From: Flectonema sp. DT1601
Taxonomy: Eukaryota
Length of the DNA stretch: 64,000 bases
Reading direction: 5' to 3'
Assembly: GCA_964019425.1 (NCBI GenBank)
Contig: OZ025797.1
Coordinates: forward strand, 186,001 to 250,000
Under the pieces are notes generated by a model, which did no database searches, was not told the origin of the DNA, and saw nothing but the letters and a program-made list of their open reading frames with translations. Shown in pieces: positions 36,701-48,098 of this stretch. The translations under genes were made by a program, and so were the position numbers. Each line of letters begins with the position of its first letter. The stretch's first letter is position 1.

Positions 36701-38157
36701 ATCCTATTAATTAAAGGAGGGACGCCTTTAACAGCTGCACAACCAGCATAGTATGCTAAGAATAAAGCAAAGTGCTGCTTTAATGTTCCATCTTGTGGAA
36801 ATTTTGCAGATCCCTTCGCGAATATCTTAACAGCGTAGATCAACATGGGTCCAGTGCAAGCAGTTCCAGTTGATAGAACGTAGTCTCTTAAATAGCGACA
36901 ACAAACCTCTATATCTGTTGGAAATAAAATTTGAGATATATAAGGATAGATTAAACCTGATGGTTTAGTTCCTTCAGGACCCTCGTTAGTTTCTTGTTGT
37001 AGAACATCGTCGATGTCGTCGAAGGATGATTTTGAAACTTCAGTTGGTAAGTAAGCAGGTACAGGAGGATTCTCACACTTGTTCTCCAATGCTTCAACAT
37101 CACCAGCTCTCAACATGGTCAGGACAGTTGAATATTCCCATGAAATACGAAGTCCAAAACCCCTATAACCAATAAACGCTGAAATCAAACCTCCACCAAG
37201 AACCAGTAGAGCTGTGTAATCTTTGACGTTGGGTTCAACGTGTCGTAGAAGTCCAACAAATGCTATCCAAGTGACCATCGCAAACTTCGCGGCGACAAGT
37301 CTATTCACGCGTTCACTGTAGTATGGCAACCACATTGCCGTGCATAGAAACATACAAAACGATAAAATGCATAATATTCCAGCAAATGCTTTTGGTTCTT
37401 CTTTGACATGGCAGATTTGAAAAAAGACAACAACAGCAGATCTGTACAACAAATAATATTCATCTGTACGAGAGTTAGGTCGAGATGTACTCAGAGATGG
37501 ATCACAAGGAAACGATCTGTAAATTAATAAATTACTAACAAATGAATACCCGACGACCAACAAGATCGCTAATATAGCAGCCACCAAGTGAACTGCATGC
37601 CAAGGTCCCCAGCAGTCTTTATCAAACGGACGAATCTTTCCTTCAGAACACAATGAGAATGCCAACATCATGTTTACGAAAGGAATAAAACCAACACTCG
37701 CAACAAAATGTGGAATGACCCTCGCAACCTTTGACACTAAAGACGATACTTGATTATGTCCTTTGTCTTTATAAATAATCGAATGGACTACTGCTGTAGC
37801 CGCCAACACACACCAGCATGTCCAAAAGATTATCATACAAGGAACGTATAAATTTTGATTATTGAACGACTTATCCCAAATAGGAAGTGTAATAAAGTAG
37901 AGACCTTTTCTTACGTGATGTAAGACGTTCCCCCAATCCTCGTTTGTGTTTATAATTAAAGCTATTAGTTGGAGTAACTGAATTACGATGCCGACAATAT
38001 TAAATTTTGGATCCCAATTCGCAGACAGCGTGTGAAAGAACGGAAATAATGGATATTGTTCTGTAAATATCAACATTACGGTGCGAGAAGTCATCTCACT
38101 TCCCGACATCCCACTGCTGGCAATGCTGCTACCGGCTGACATTGATCCAGCTGACAT
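27053..38157 (-). CDS. 3420-aa multi-pass membrane protein (TmcB/TmcC-like N-terminus) with 13 C-terminal FixL-type PAS domains; 12 exons: 38157-36031, 35962-35671, 35561-33674, 33604-33258, 33190-30845, 30745-30509, 30443-29275, 29190-29071, 28998-28922, 28853-28709, 28641-28302, 28227-27053
   Basis: All 11 GT-AG introns join in compatible phase (10263 nt total). The N-terminus has many hydrophobic helices, LPYY and a TPR-like segment. There are 13 repeats resembling I...G.I...N..A..LFGY...E.IG.N...LMP......H..YL..Y..T. Confidence 0.88.
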
Positions 38158-39176
38158 CCAAATCTGAAACTGAAATTCGGGGGAAAAAAAAATAAATTAA
38201 AATCAGACAGTAATACTGAGCGTACAGCAAGGAAGAAAAACAGATTCCCTGAATCGCATAATCTAGAGCATCAACATAGTTTATAACAGGTATCTGGTGT
38301 AATTAGATAAGCAGTAACACTTTTGCGCAACATCAATGAAAGGGGAAAAAAAAATGTCACTTAAAATTCCCAAGCAGGCAGGTAGAGTGTGGAGCAATTT
38401 TATTCGGAAGGCAGGTACTACGGCGTCTTCGTAACACACAATGGTGTTGAGGAAAAAGTCGTTTCTTTTTGTTGTTGTTGTTTTTGTCGTTACCCAACCG
38501 AAAAAATGCAGAACAGCGATCTGTCTTTGTTGAAAAAAACAACTTGCTACTGACTGTAATTTTTTTTTTTTTTTGTAAGTTTTTTTTATTTTTTTTTTTT
38601 TTGAGACCCACGTCGTATCCCTACTGACCGAATGCTGTTTTACATGAGGGAAGCGGTTTCGGATAGAGGCAGGCGCCAGCCTTTCTTTTTTTTTTTTTTT
38701 TTTTTTTTTTTTTCTTTTGTTCTCCAAAAAAAATTTACTCTTGCTTCTTTTTTTCGTATCATTTTAGTTTTCAAAAACTAAAACCCGCATCAGATGCGAG
38801 TCTCTGAATGGCCACCAGTTCATCAGCAGCAAGATAAGTGAGAAGAATGTTTTTTTTTTTTTTTTTTTTTTTTTCGAGCTACAAAAAAAAAACGGGAGGA
38901 GCTAAGGGGACTGGGTGGGTGCAAACAATTAGCTAAATTTGCTTTACATAAAAAGCATTGGAAGGGGAAAACACACTAAAATCTTTTTTTTTTTTTTTTC
39001 TCTCTCGAGTCGATATTGTTAAGGAAAAAACCCTTTTAGCACTTTGCTAAAAAAAAATAAAAAACTGCAAAATTTACATTTTCCAAGACTGGGTGCTTGA
39101 TCAGGGTAGACTGACCAACCACTCTCCGAATTCGTTCAAAAAAAAGACTTGAAAAACATGAAGTACGATGAGGTGA

Positions 39177-41302
39177 CTATTTCTCTTCTTCTTCTTCCTC
39201 CTCTTCCTCTTCCTCGGCATCCTCATCTTCTCCCTCACTCTCTTCGCCTTCAGAGGCAGCCTCTTCGTCTTCCTTTCTCTTGGCTTCCTTCTTGGTGCTG
39301 GCCTCAGTGATGATAGTATCGATCTTTTCCTTTAATTCGGAAAGCTTACCGTCGAACTCCTCCTGATTTTTGTTGTTTATTTTTTTTCTCCATTTCTAAC
39401 TACTGCCGTCATGTAGAATTTTAAGGTCGTCACATTAGAAAGAAGAAAACAAAATAAAAAACAAACCTTTCCAGCATCCTCACCCTCTTCATCGATCCAG
39501 GTGGAGATTTCTTTGGTGGATTCTTCAACAAGAGCCTTGTCGTCATCGGAAAGATGTTCCTGGATGGATTCGGACTTGGCGTTGTCAACGTACTGCTGAA
39601 GCTGAACCTTTGACTGGGTCTTCTCTGAGAGAAGCTTGTCTTCCTCAGCGTTCTCTTCAGCCTCAGCGATGATCTTATCGATCTCATCCTGTGAAAGCAT
39701 CTTGTCGTTCTTGATTTCAACATCTCCAGTGGCACCAGTGTCCTGATCCTTAGCAGCTACCTGAAGGATACCTGACTCATCAACTTCCATTTCAACATCA
39801 ATCTGTGGAACTCCCTTTGGGGCAACCTTAATTCCCTGAAGATCAAACTGTCCAAGAAGTCTGTTGTCCTTAGTCATGGCACGCTCACCCTCAAAGACCT
39901 GGAACAAAATGTTCTTCTGGTTGTCCTGGGTGGTGGTTACGGTCTGGGACTTCTTTGCAGGAATGATAGAGTTACGTGGGATAACCTTAAGCATGATTCC
40001 TCCAATGGTGTCAATACCAATTGAGAGAGAGATAACATCAACAAGAACAACCTTCTCCTTACCAACCTGTCCAGAAAGAACACCTCCCTGAACTGCGGCA
40101 CCGTAAGCGATAGCCTCGTCAGGGTTAATTCCTCTGTTTGGTTCCTTACCGTTGAAGAAGTCCTTGATAAGAGATTGGATCTTTGGAATTCTTGAAGAAC
40201 CTCCCACCAACACTACTTCATCAATGTCGTCCTTCTCCATCTTTGCGTCAGCAAGAACGTTCTTTACTGGTTCCAATGTTCCCTTAAACAAATCAGCGTT
40301 GAGTTCCTCAAACTTTGCACGAGTAAGTCTCTCAGAAAGAGTAACACCCTCAACAATGTCTTCAACTTCAACACGTGCTTCTGGTGCGGATGAGAGCTTT
40401 CTCTTTGCTCCTTCGGCAGCCTTTCTCAAACGAGCGAGGGCAACGTGGTTTCCGTTGATGTCCTTCTTGTACTTCTTGGCAAGAACCTTAACGTAGTGCT
40501 GAATGATTCTGTTGTCAAAATCTTCTCCACCCAAATGAGTGTCTCCGTTGGTTGACTCAACTTCGAAGAATCCGTTGTCGATGGACAACAGAGAGACGTC
40601 AAAAGTACCACCACCCAAATCAAATACCAAAACCTTCTTCTCAGCACCAGATTCGTCAAGACCGTACGCAACTGCGGCAGCGGTTGGTTCGTTCAATACA
40701 CGAACAACATTGAGACCAGAGATGGTACCAGCGTTACGAGTGGCCTGTCTCTGAGCGTCGTTGAAGTACGCTGGAACAGTAATAACAGCGTTCTTTACAT
40801 CCTGGGCGAGGTATGTTTCGGCGATGGTTCTCATCTTTCCCAAAACCATGGCGGAGATCTCCTCAGAAGAGAAAACCTTCTTTCCCTTGTTGGTTTCCAC
40901 CTCAACAGCGGCAGCGTCCTCCTTTCCCTTTACGACCTTGTAAGATAAGATCTTCTTATCATCCTGAACAGTCTTGTCGCTGATGCTTCTACCAATAAGA
41001 CGCTTTACGGCGTACACAGTGTTGAGAGGGTTGGTAGACATTGCGTTCTTAGCAGAGTCACCAACTTCCTTACCGTCAGCACTGAAAGAGACAACAGAAG
41101 GAGTGATTCTGTTTCCCATTTCGTTGGCGATAATCTCAACCTTATCGTTCTGGTAGATACCAACAACACTGTAGGTAGTTCCCAAATCGATTCCAACAAC
41201 TGGGAATGCGTACTGACCGTCATTAGTCTTCTCTCCATCTTCTTCGGCACGGGCACACATGACCGCAGCCATAGTCCATCCCATCATCATTGCAGATTTC
41301 AT
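39177..41302 (-). CDS. BiP/GRP78-like HSP70 with signal peptide and acidic tail; exons 41302-39467 and 39362-39177
   Basis: [80 protein letters not shown]. The N-terminal leader is hydrophobic. Exon 2 ends ...[14 protein letters not shown]. Confidence 0.93.
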
Positions 41303-41584
41303 CTTGGGACTCAAAGTCCTGTGAGAATTAAAAACAGTAAAGAAATAAATAGAACAAACTACAATTCTTATCGTATTATGAATTTAGAACTACACCACTC
41401 CCAATCACATTTTACTTTGCTGTTTAATTAAACCAATGTTTATCTGGTTGGACGACAATAGAAATCGCGGGAATGGGATGGGCAATGAAAAATTTTTTTA
41501 AAGTTTTTTTTTTTTTTTCCACACAAGAAAATTGGGGAAACAGCGATTAGGCAGGACATGTTGTTATGCTATTCAGCTAATTAC

Positions 41585-42693
41585 TTATTTACCTTCCTTA
41601 CCCTGGGTCTTCTGTCCACCACGGTGACGTCCAGTACGACGGGCCGCAATAAGACCGGCCTGTTTGGTTAAGTGTTTGTTTTGAATTTACCGCGGTGGGT
41701 TTATGATGTGTTTGCCTTAACTGTAGTTGATTAGAATAATACATACCTTCTGTCCTGGAGGACAAGCTCTCTGAACAGTCGAAGGGTGACCAATGTGCTG
41801 ATGGTTACCTCCTCCGTGGGGATGCTCTACAGGGTTACGAGCTACACCTCTAATGGTTGGCCAGCACTTTCTCTTGGCCTTGTAACGGTAGTGGGCGGCT
41901 CCGGCCTTAAGCATAGGCTTCTCGGTACGACCTCCTCCAGCGATGATTCCAACCATGGCTCTGCAGTTCCATGAGATCGACTTCTTCTCACCAGATGGCA
42001 ACTTGATTCTGGTTCTCTCCTGCTCTGGAAGGTGGGAGATGACAATGCAGTACTCTCCTGAGGCACGTGCCTGTTTGAGTTTATTTATTTTCTCCACATT
42101 ACAAGAATTCAAGACACATCACAACAACAGACCCGTAAACTAAATCACTAGACCACCACCTTGAAAACACATTAAATAGAAAATAAACATACGAGGGATC
42201 CACGGTCACCAGTCTTGAGCTCAACGTTGCAGACGATGGAACCTTCTGGAACCATCTTAAGTGGAAGACAGTTTCCGATAGCGAGTTCGGCTCTCTTACC
42301 GCAGTAGACAAACTGACCAGTCTGCATACCTTCAACGGCAATCATACGGGTTTGAATTCTCTTGAACTTGTATGGGTGACGGAACTGAACAAGAGCGATT
42401 GGAGCACCACGACCGGAGTCGTGGACGACTTCCTTGATCGTTCCCTTAACAAATCCACGACGTTCTCCGAAGTCAAGTGGTCTGAGCTTGGCGGCTCCCT
42501 GTTTGTTTATTTCGTTTTTTTGTTCTCGTGATCAGAACAGGTCATCAATCTGACCAGTACTAATACTATCTTACTATTACTAATGATATTTGATTATTAA
42601 TAATACAAATCGAGTTCATACCTTACGCTTGTGGACGTGCGCAGTGAAGACGGAACCCGCTCCACGTCTCTGTGCCAAAATACACTTTCCCAT
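41585..42693 (-). CDS. RPL8: 60S ribosomal protein L8 (uL2), 258 aa; exons 42693-42622, 42498-42193, 42070-41747, 41659-41585
   Basis: [16 protein letters not shown]...[15 protein letters not shown]...HDSGRGAP...GDRGSL|ARASG...[21 protein letters not shown]...[15 protein letters not shown]. Confidence 0.97.
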
Positions 42694-44060
42694 TTTTGTG
42701 TGGTGTTGGGGTCGATAGCTGAAGAGAGTAATTTCACTGAACAACACCTAACAGAAAAGACCGATATTTCTTATTACATATTGACTACCAGTTTGTTGAT
42801 ACCAACATCGTGGCAGCTCTACTTCTACCTCGGCACTCGTTTCATTATTATTTCCAACAAGAGAAAAGTCCCAACGGAGGAATTGTTTCTTCTGTTCCTG
42901 TGATGTTAAGAATAATAAACTTCAAAAAAAAAAAAAAAAAAGAGGAAAAAAAAAAAAACGGAAATTAGAAAACAAAAAAAGACACAACAACTAGTAGGAA
43001 ACTGAGTACGGGGATATTAACCCCTAATTATTATTATTTATTTACTTTTTCCTTAAAACTTATGAGTTTCGTTTGTTCGTTCTGGTGGTTTTTTTTTTTT
43101 TTTTTTTTTTTTTGTAACTTTTATTCTTTGCTTTTTCTTGTAGTCGTTCGAAGGAAGAAAATAAAAAATAAAAAAAACAAGGAAATAAATTTCACAAACA
43201 CAAAACAACAAATCAAATTTCAGCAGCCATGAAAAAGTTAATTTTTACTTGTTTTCTACCGTCTGTTATAAGGTTGAAACCAGTTCTCAGCAGGACTAAA
43301 AACGCCTCTGAGGTAAGATACATCGGATTACACATATTAAAAACTCAAGAGAAATATTTCCATATGAATTTCCGGTCCCATCGTTGAACTGCTCAAGGTT
43401 GGTACATTTATTATTATGGCGTCGCTGATATGTATTTTTGTGAATTGGGATCTATCCCGTGTTACCGGTAACTACTTTTTTTTTTTTTTTTAATTTCTTT
43501 ATATCCATTCTACATGTCTATCTTTGCAAGATTGTTGCGACGTCGAGCAGCATCTAGTGGGGAATGTAAAAAATTAAAAACAAAATTAAAAAAAATTAAA
43601 AAAAAACTTTTCATTGTTATAATATCTTATATAATATTCATTTCGGAAGAAGATCCTTATTAGGGATAGCCCGAGGGGCTAATTTCTCCCACCAGTATTC
43701 GCCATTGCATAGGTTAAGCCACGATTACCAATGTGGCATCCTCTCAACACTAATAAAGAAGAGACCATAACGTACAGAGGGCAAGAAACGAAAAAGCCGA
43801 AGACGAGGGGGAAGGGAGTTTTTAAAAAAAAAAAAAAAAAAAAAGGCAAAGTAATAACTTTATAACAGGCTAATGTGAAGCTCCAGCTCCGACTACGTCT
43901 TTTTTTTTTTTTTTTTTTTTTTTGTGTTTTTTTTTTTTTTTACTGGATATATTATCGACACACATTTGTTAAAGAAATCTAATGAAAAGTGTCTTCTTTT
44001 GATAATACTTTTTTTTTTTTAAAAATCAATATCCAAATACTAACAGCAGTACCACACTCA

Positions 44061-45446
44061 CTACACTCTTAGTATCTGAACACTATTTCCAAATGCAATC
44101 GAAATCCAGTCGGTTTGAAGTGCTGACCACTGAAGGTGATTTATATGCGAAGTAGCATTATACGCAAGTATTGGATCTTCTATTGGGTGAGGAAGAGATG
44201 AAATATCCCATATGAGTGCCAGACAATCATCACCAGCTGAACAGATATGACAGGAGGAATGCGGTGCCCAACCCACAGAGTTCACGCTAGCTGTATGGGA
44301 CAAAACAGTTACAGGGACTGACGGTACTCTAACATCAAGTACGATAATGTCATTACTGTCAACTAGTATGGTTGCTAAGTAGTTGGGATCTTGTTTATTC
44401 CAAACAATTCTTAGTAGGGGTCGCAGTTCTTCAGTTTCAAATAAAATAGTACTATGCTCTAGTGATCGTAAATCAAACAATCTGACGCTTCCATCTCCTC
44501 CAACACTCGCAAAAATATCTGTTCCTTTAGCAAATGCCAAATCATAAACTTCTTTCTCATGAGCAATCAATTGAGTTAGAGACTGCTGAACCTCGATATC
44601 CCAAACACTACACGTGGTGTCAATACTCGCTGTTCCCACAATACGAGCATCATCGCTGTTCCAGTCGAAGGATGTAAGAGGGGCGCAGAAATCAGTTTTT
44701 TTATTCTGTTATATTTTTTTTTTTTAAATAAAAAAATGAAATAAAATACCTCAACAAGATATAACACAAACATTATTAAGACAACAGCTCGTTACAATTT
44801 TTCCGTCTTCGATTTCTCCATCCTTGTTGCGGGGATTGACTTCCCAAAGTCTGAGATAATCACCTGATATTGTATTGTTGTTTTGTTTCGTTTTTGAAGA
44901 TTATTTTAAAATTACAATATTTCCATTCAACATACCAGTTGTTGCGAGAAGGTCAGTAGCATTCACTCTCTGGTCGGGTAACCACATTAGTTTTGTTGCC
45001 GGATATGGATGGTCGAACCTGGTGTTATATTATTTACTTCGTTCTATCATCATACGAAGAGAGAGAGAGAAAGGACATAAAAACATACGCTCCCCTATTA
45101 ACCAGCTTATTCTGCTCCTCATCAAGTTGTATGATATTTACCCGATTTTGGTATTCTGTTTTTTTTTTGTGACGTTTTGATGAGATGATAATATTCCCTT
45201 TACAGTATAAGAGGAACGAGTACAGTATAAGAGGAACGAGAAACAATGCACACCTTCCATATACGAAGCGACTGCAAGTCTAAAAGGCTTGTCGCACCTG
45301 ACTGACCAACTCATAGCGTTACCCATCCACGGTAAGTCGTATGTGTATATTTCCTTCATTTTTTTGGTCCCGCTGCCTTGCTGTTGCTGAGGCAGCTGCC
45401 CCTCATCCATCTTTAATCCCGTCTCTGAATCTTGGGACGTAGACAT
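44061..45446 (-). CDS. DCAF7: DCAF7/WDR68 (HAN11/AN11/TTG1 family) WD40 protein; exons 45446-45254, 45155-45089, 45018-44936, 44863-44772, 44705-44061
   Basis: EIYTY...[94 protein letters not shown]. Confidence 0.95.
45201..45240. repeat. 20-nt perfect tandem duplication in DCAF7 intron 1
   Basis: tacagtataagaggaacgag x2. Confidence 0.9.
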
Positions 45447-46256
45447 CGTTCGTATTTAAAAAAAGTAGCTTCTTGAAGTTTTCTAAATGAAAAGCATTTA
45501 GTACGTGTGCTGAAGGAGAATAATTGATTAGTTAGTATTGAGACGTTGAGTAAATACAACACATGAGAGAACATTTGGGCATCTAATATAGCTGCAGTTA
45601 TTGCTGTTTACTTGTTACAGATTACCTTCACCAGTTGAGGACGCAATTACGCTGAAGGAGTGACTATAAATAGAATCAACAACATAAACTGAAAATATAC
45701 CACGAACTCGCACCGAAAGAAAGACGCATTTTGTCGTGGGTTGCAAGGCAACTCAGACCATCTTGGTTTTTTTTTTTGGCAATAATAACGTTTTAATCCA
45801 AAGTAAGGAAACAAAGACACTTTTTTTTTTTTCTTTTTTTTTTGCTTTCGTTTTTTTTTTTTTTTCCCATCAGGAACGGAAAAAAAAAAAAAAAAAAAAG
45901 GGGGAAAAAAGCATAGCACAGGTTCACAAAGCAAACTTTATCATGACCTGCAAAAGGTATAGCGATGATCTCTGCACTAGAAGAACCATCCGTTCATTTG
46001 AAACAATTTTTTTTTTTTTTCCCCCACTACCATCCAAGAGACACATCATATTACAAAAGCGATTAATAACAAAGAAAACACCTTTGGAATCCTTCGCTCC
46101 TTTTTTTTTTTTTTTTTTTTTTTTTCAACTTTTTTTTTGTAATAAGATTTCATCAACATAAAACAATGGGAAAGAACCAATAACATATTCAATGCTCATG
46201 TTTATGATTAACGCAACTTAATAGAGCCGATGTCAGATCAATCTGTTATGAACACT

Positions 46257-47294
46257 TTAAAAGCCATTTCGTGGTTGTTCTTGCTGTTGTTGTTCTTGCT
46301 GCTGCTGCTGCTGCTGTGGTTGTTGCTGCTGCTGCATCTCCATTGATTGCTGAGATTCCACTATTTGAGGATATGCCTGCTGTTGTGGAGGATATCCCTG
46401 CTGGTACATTGGTTGTGGTGGATACATATATCCAACAGGAACAGGTGCTGCTTGATATCCTGTTGACGTTGGAGCACCAGGTGGTGCAGAGTACTGTGGC
46501 GGATACCCACCTGAATATGGTTGTTGATATTGCTGTGGTGGATAACCTCCTTGAGGTGCATACCCACCGTATGTCTCTAGTTGTGGTTCCTTCTTCTTAG
46601 GAATAAGGCTAACATAAGTAATGTATAACAACACTAAAATAGAAGGTAAGAAATCGTTTGAGTAATAATTTATCGTCGAAATCTTAGCGAACGGTAGCAG
46701 CTTTTCACTTTCTGGTTCTGTGCTGTCCTCATCAACAACGACTTCTTCATTTTCTATGTGTAGCTCATAACCACTGTCTTGGAGTCTTTTACAAAAAGTT
46801 GGTATTTGTGCCGCGTAAATAGTAACCATGATCGTATGCTTGTTGTGTTTCTCAAGTAATTCAATTGTGTTATTAAACTGTGCGACACCTCTTGGGTTAG
46901 GCATTAGTAGTCCCCAGAAGATAGTTGACATATCAGTTACAGTATGACCTATTTGAGTATCAATTCCATACATTGGAGTAGTGTATTGACTCCATGTTGT
47001 CGGTATTGAGATACTACTTCCTGAAGGATTAGCAATCCCTGGAGACACTGGTTCATCAGACACTAACTGTCCAGCATGTCCAACGATTTCATGTTCGCTC
47101 ATCAGTTCTTCTAAGCGTTTGTAGTAAGAAACTCCTCCTAAAATGTGTGCTGTTCCAACTGTGATCTTCTTACCTGATCCTGAGTGTATCCAAGTATAAA
47201 GTGGAGCTTTGTATTGTTTTCCATCCTTTCTCAGGGTATCACGGAATCGAAATGTACCCACTGATGGTAATGGAATTCTGGGATATAGCGGCAT
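46257..47294 (-). CDS. 345-aa protein: possible degenerate TraB/GumN-like domain, one TM helix, Pro/Gln/Tyr-rich tail
   Basis: Long ORF with ATG. KITVGTAHILGGVSYYKRLEELM and TIYAAQIPTFCKRLQDSGY resemble TraB-like motifs. FLPSILVLLYITYVSLI is hydrophobic, followed by GYPPQ repeats and poly-Q. Confidence 0.65.
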   Translation of the reverse strand: MPLYPRIPLPSVGTFRFRDTLRKDGKQYKAPLYTWIHSGSGKKITVGTAHILGGVSYYKRLEELMSEHEIVGHAGQLVSDEPVSPGIANPSGSSISIPTTWSQYTTPMYGIDTQIGHTVTDMSTIFWGLLMPNPRGVAQFNNTIELLEKHNKHTIMVTIYAAQIPTFCKRLQDSGYELHIENEEVVVDEDSTEPESEKLLPFAKISTINYYSNDFLPSILVLLYITYVSLIPKKKEPQLETYGGYAPQGGYPPQQYQQPYSGGYPPQYSAPPGAPTSTGYQAAPVPVGYMYPPQPMYQQGYPPQQQAYPQIVESQQSMEMQQQQQPQQQQQQQEQQQQEQPRNGF

Positions 47295-48066
47295 GCTTTT
47301 TTTTTTTCTTTTTTTTTTGTTACCTTGGCTTTGGAGGGAAAAATAAAAATGTATTGTTATCTAGTTGTGTTTTTTTTGTTTGTTTTTTTATCTTATTTTC
47401 TAACAACTTTTTTTTTTTTTTTTTTTCTTAAAAAAAAAAATTAAATCTACTGAGAAATAGGAAAAATACATAATTCAAATCAGGTACAAATTTAACTTTT
47501 TTTTTTACGTAAAATCTAAAAGAAAATGAGGAGGGGAACAAAGGGGGAAAAGAAAGAAAGAAAGAAATTCTAATCAGGAAATAAAAAAATATGACACGTT
47601 CAGCAATGTTATGACTAGTCAGGCTTTGTCCCCGCAAGTGTATAATTCAATTCAATCAAAAAGTAAGAATGATGGTTCTAACAAAGACTTAATTCTCAGA
47701 AGGAGAGGAAAAAATAAATTGTGGATTTTTCCTCACAAGAATAATCCCTGTCACAGTAATACAGAGCTAACAACAGGAACAATTTTTGCTTCTGATATTT
47801 TTTTTCAACTTGTTGAACACACAAAAAAGCAAAAAAAAAAAGGAAGAAGGAGAACAAGAAGAAGAAAATGACCAAAGGCAATCTAACCCCGGCGCACATT
47901 TTCCTCCGTGTCTAGTGCTTTTTCTTTTAATTTTTTTATTTTTATTTTTTTTTTTAAATCATTCATTCCAGCAAACAACAAGCAAGCAAGAAAAAAGAGG
48001 AAAAAAAATAGTACAACACCTGCTGCAAAGAGTTTGCCAACTACTTAATGTAAAAAAAGGAAACTG

Positions 48067-48097
<31 letters not shown>

Positions 48098-48098
<1 letters not shown>

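Noticed and set aside
42530..42560. TGATGA...CTGA in RPL8 intron 1 as a C/D snoRNA
   Set aside because: The boxes are only 6 nt apart and no upstream box C or terminal stem was found.
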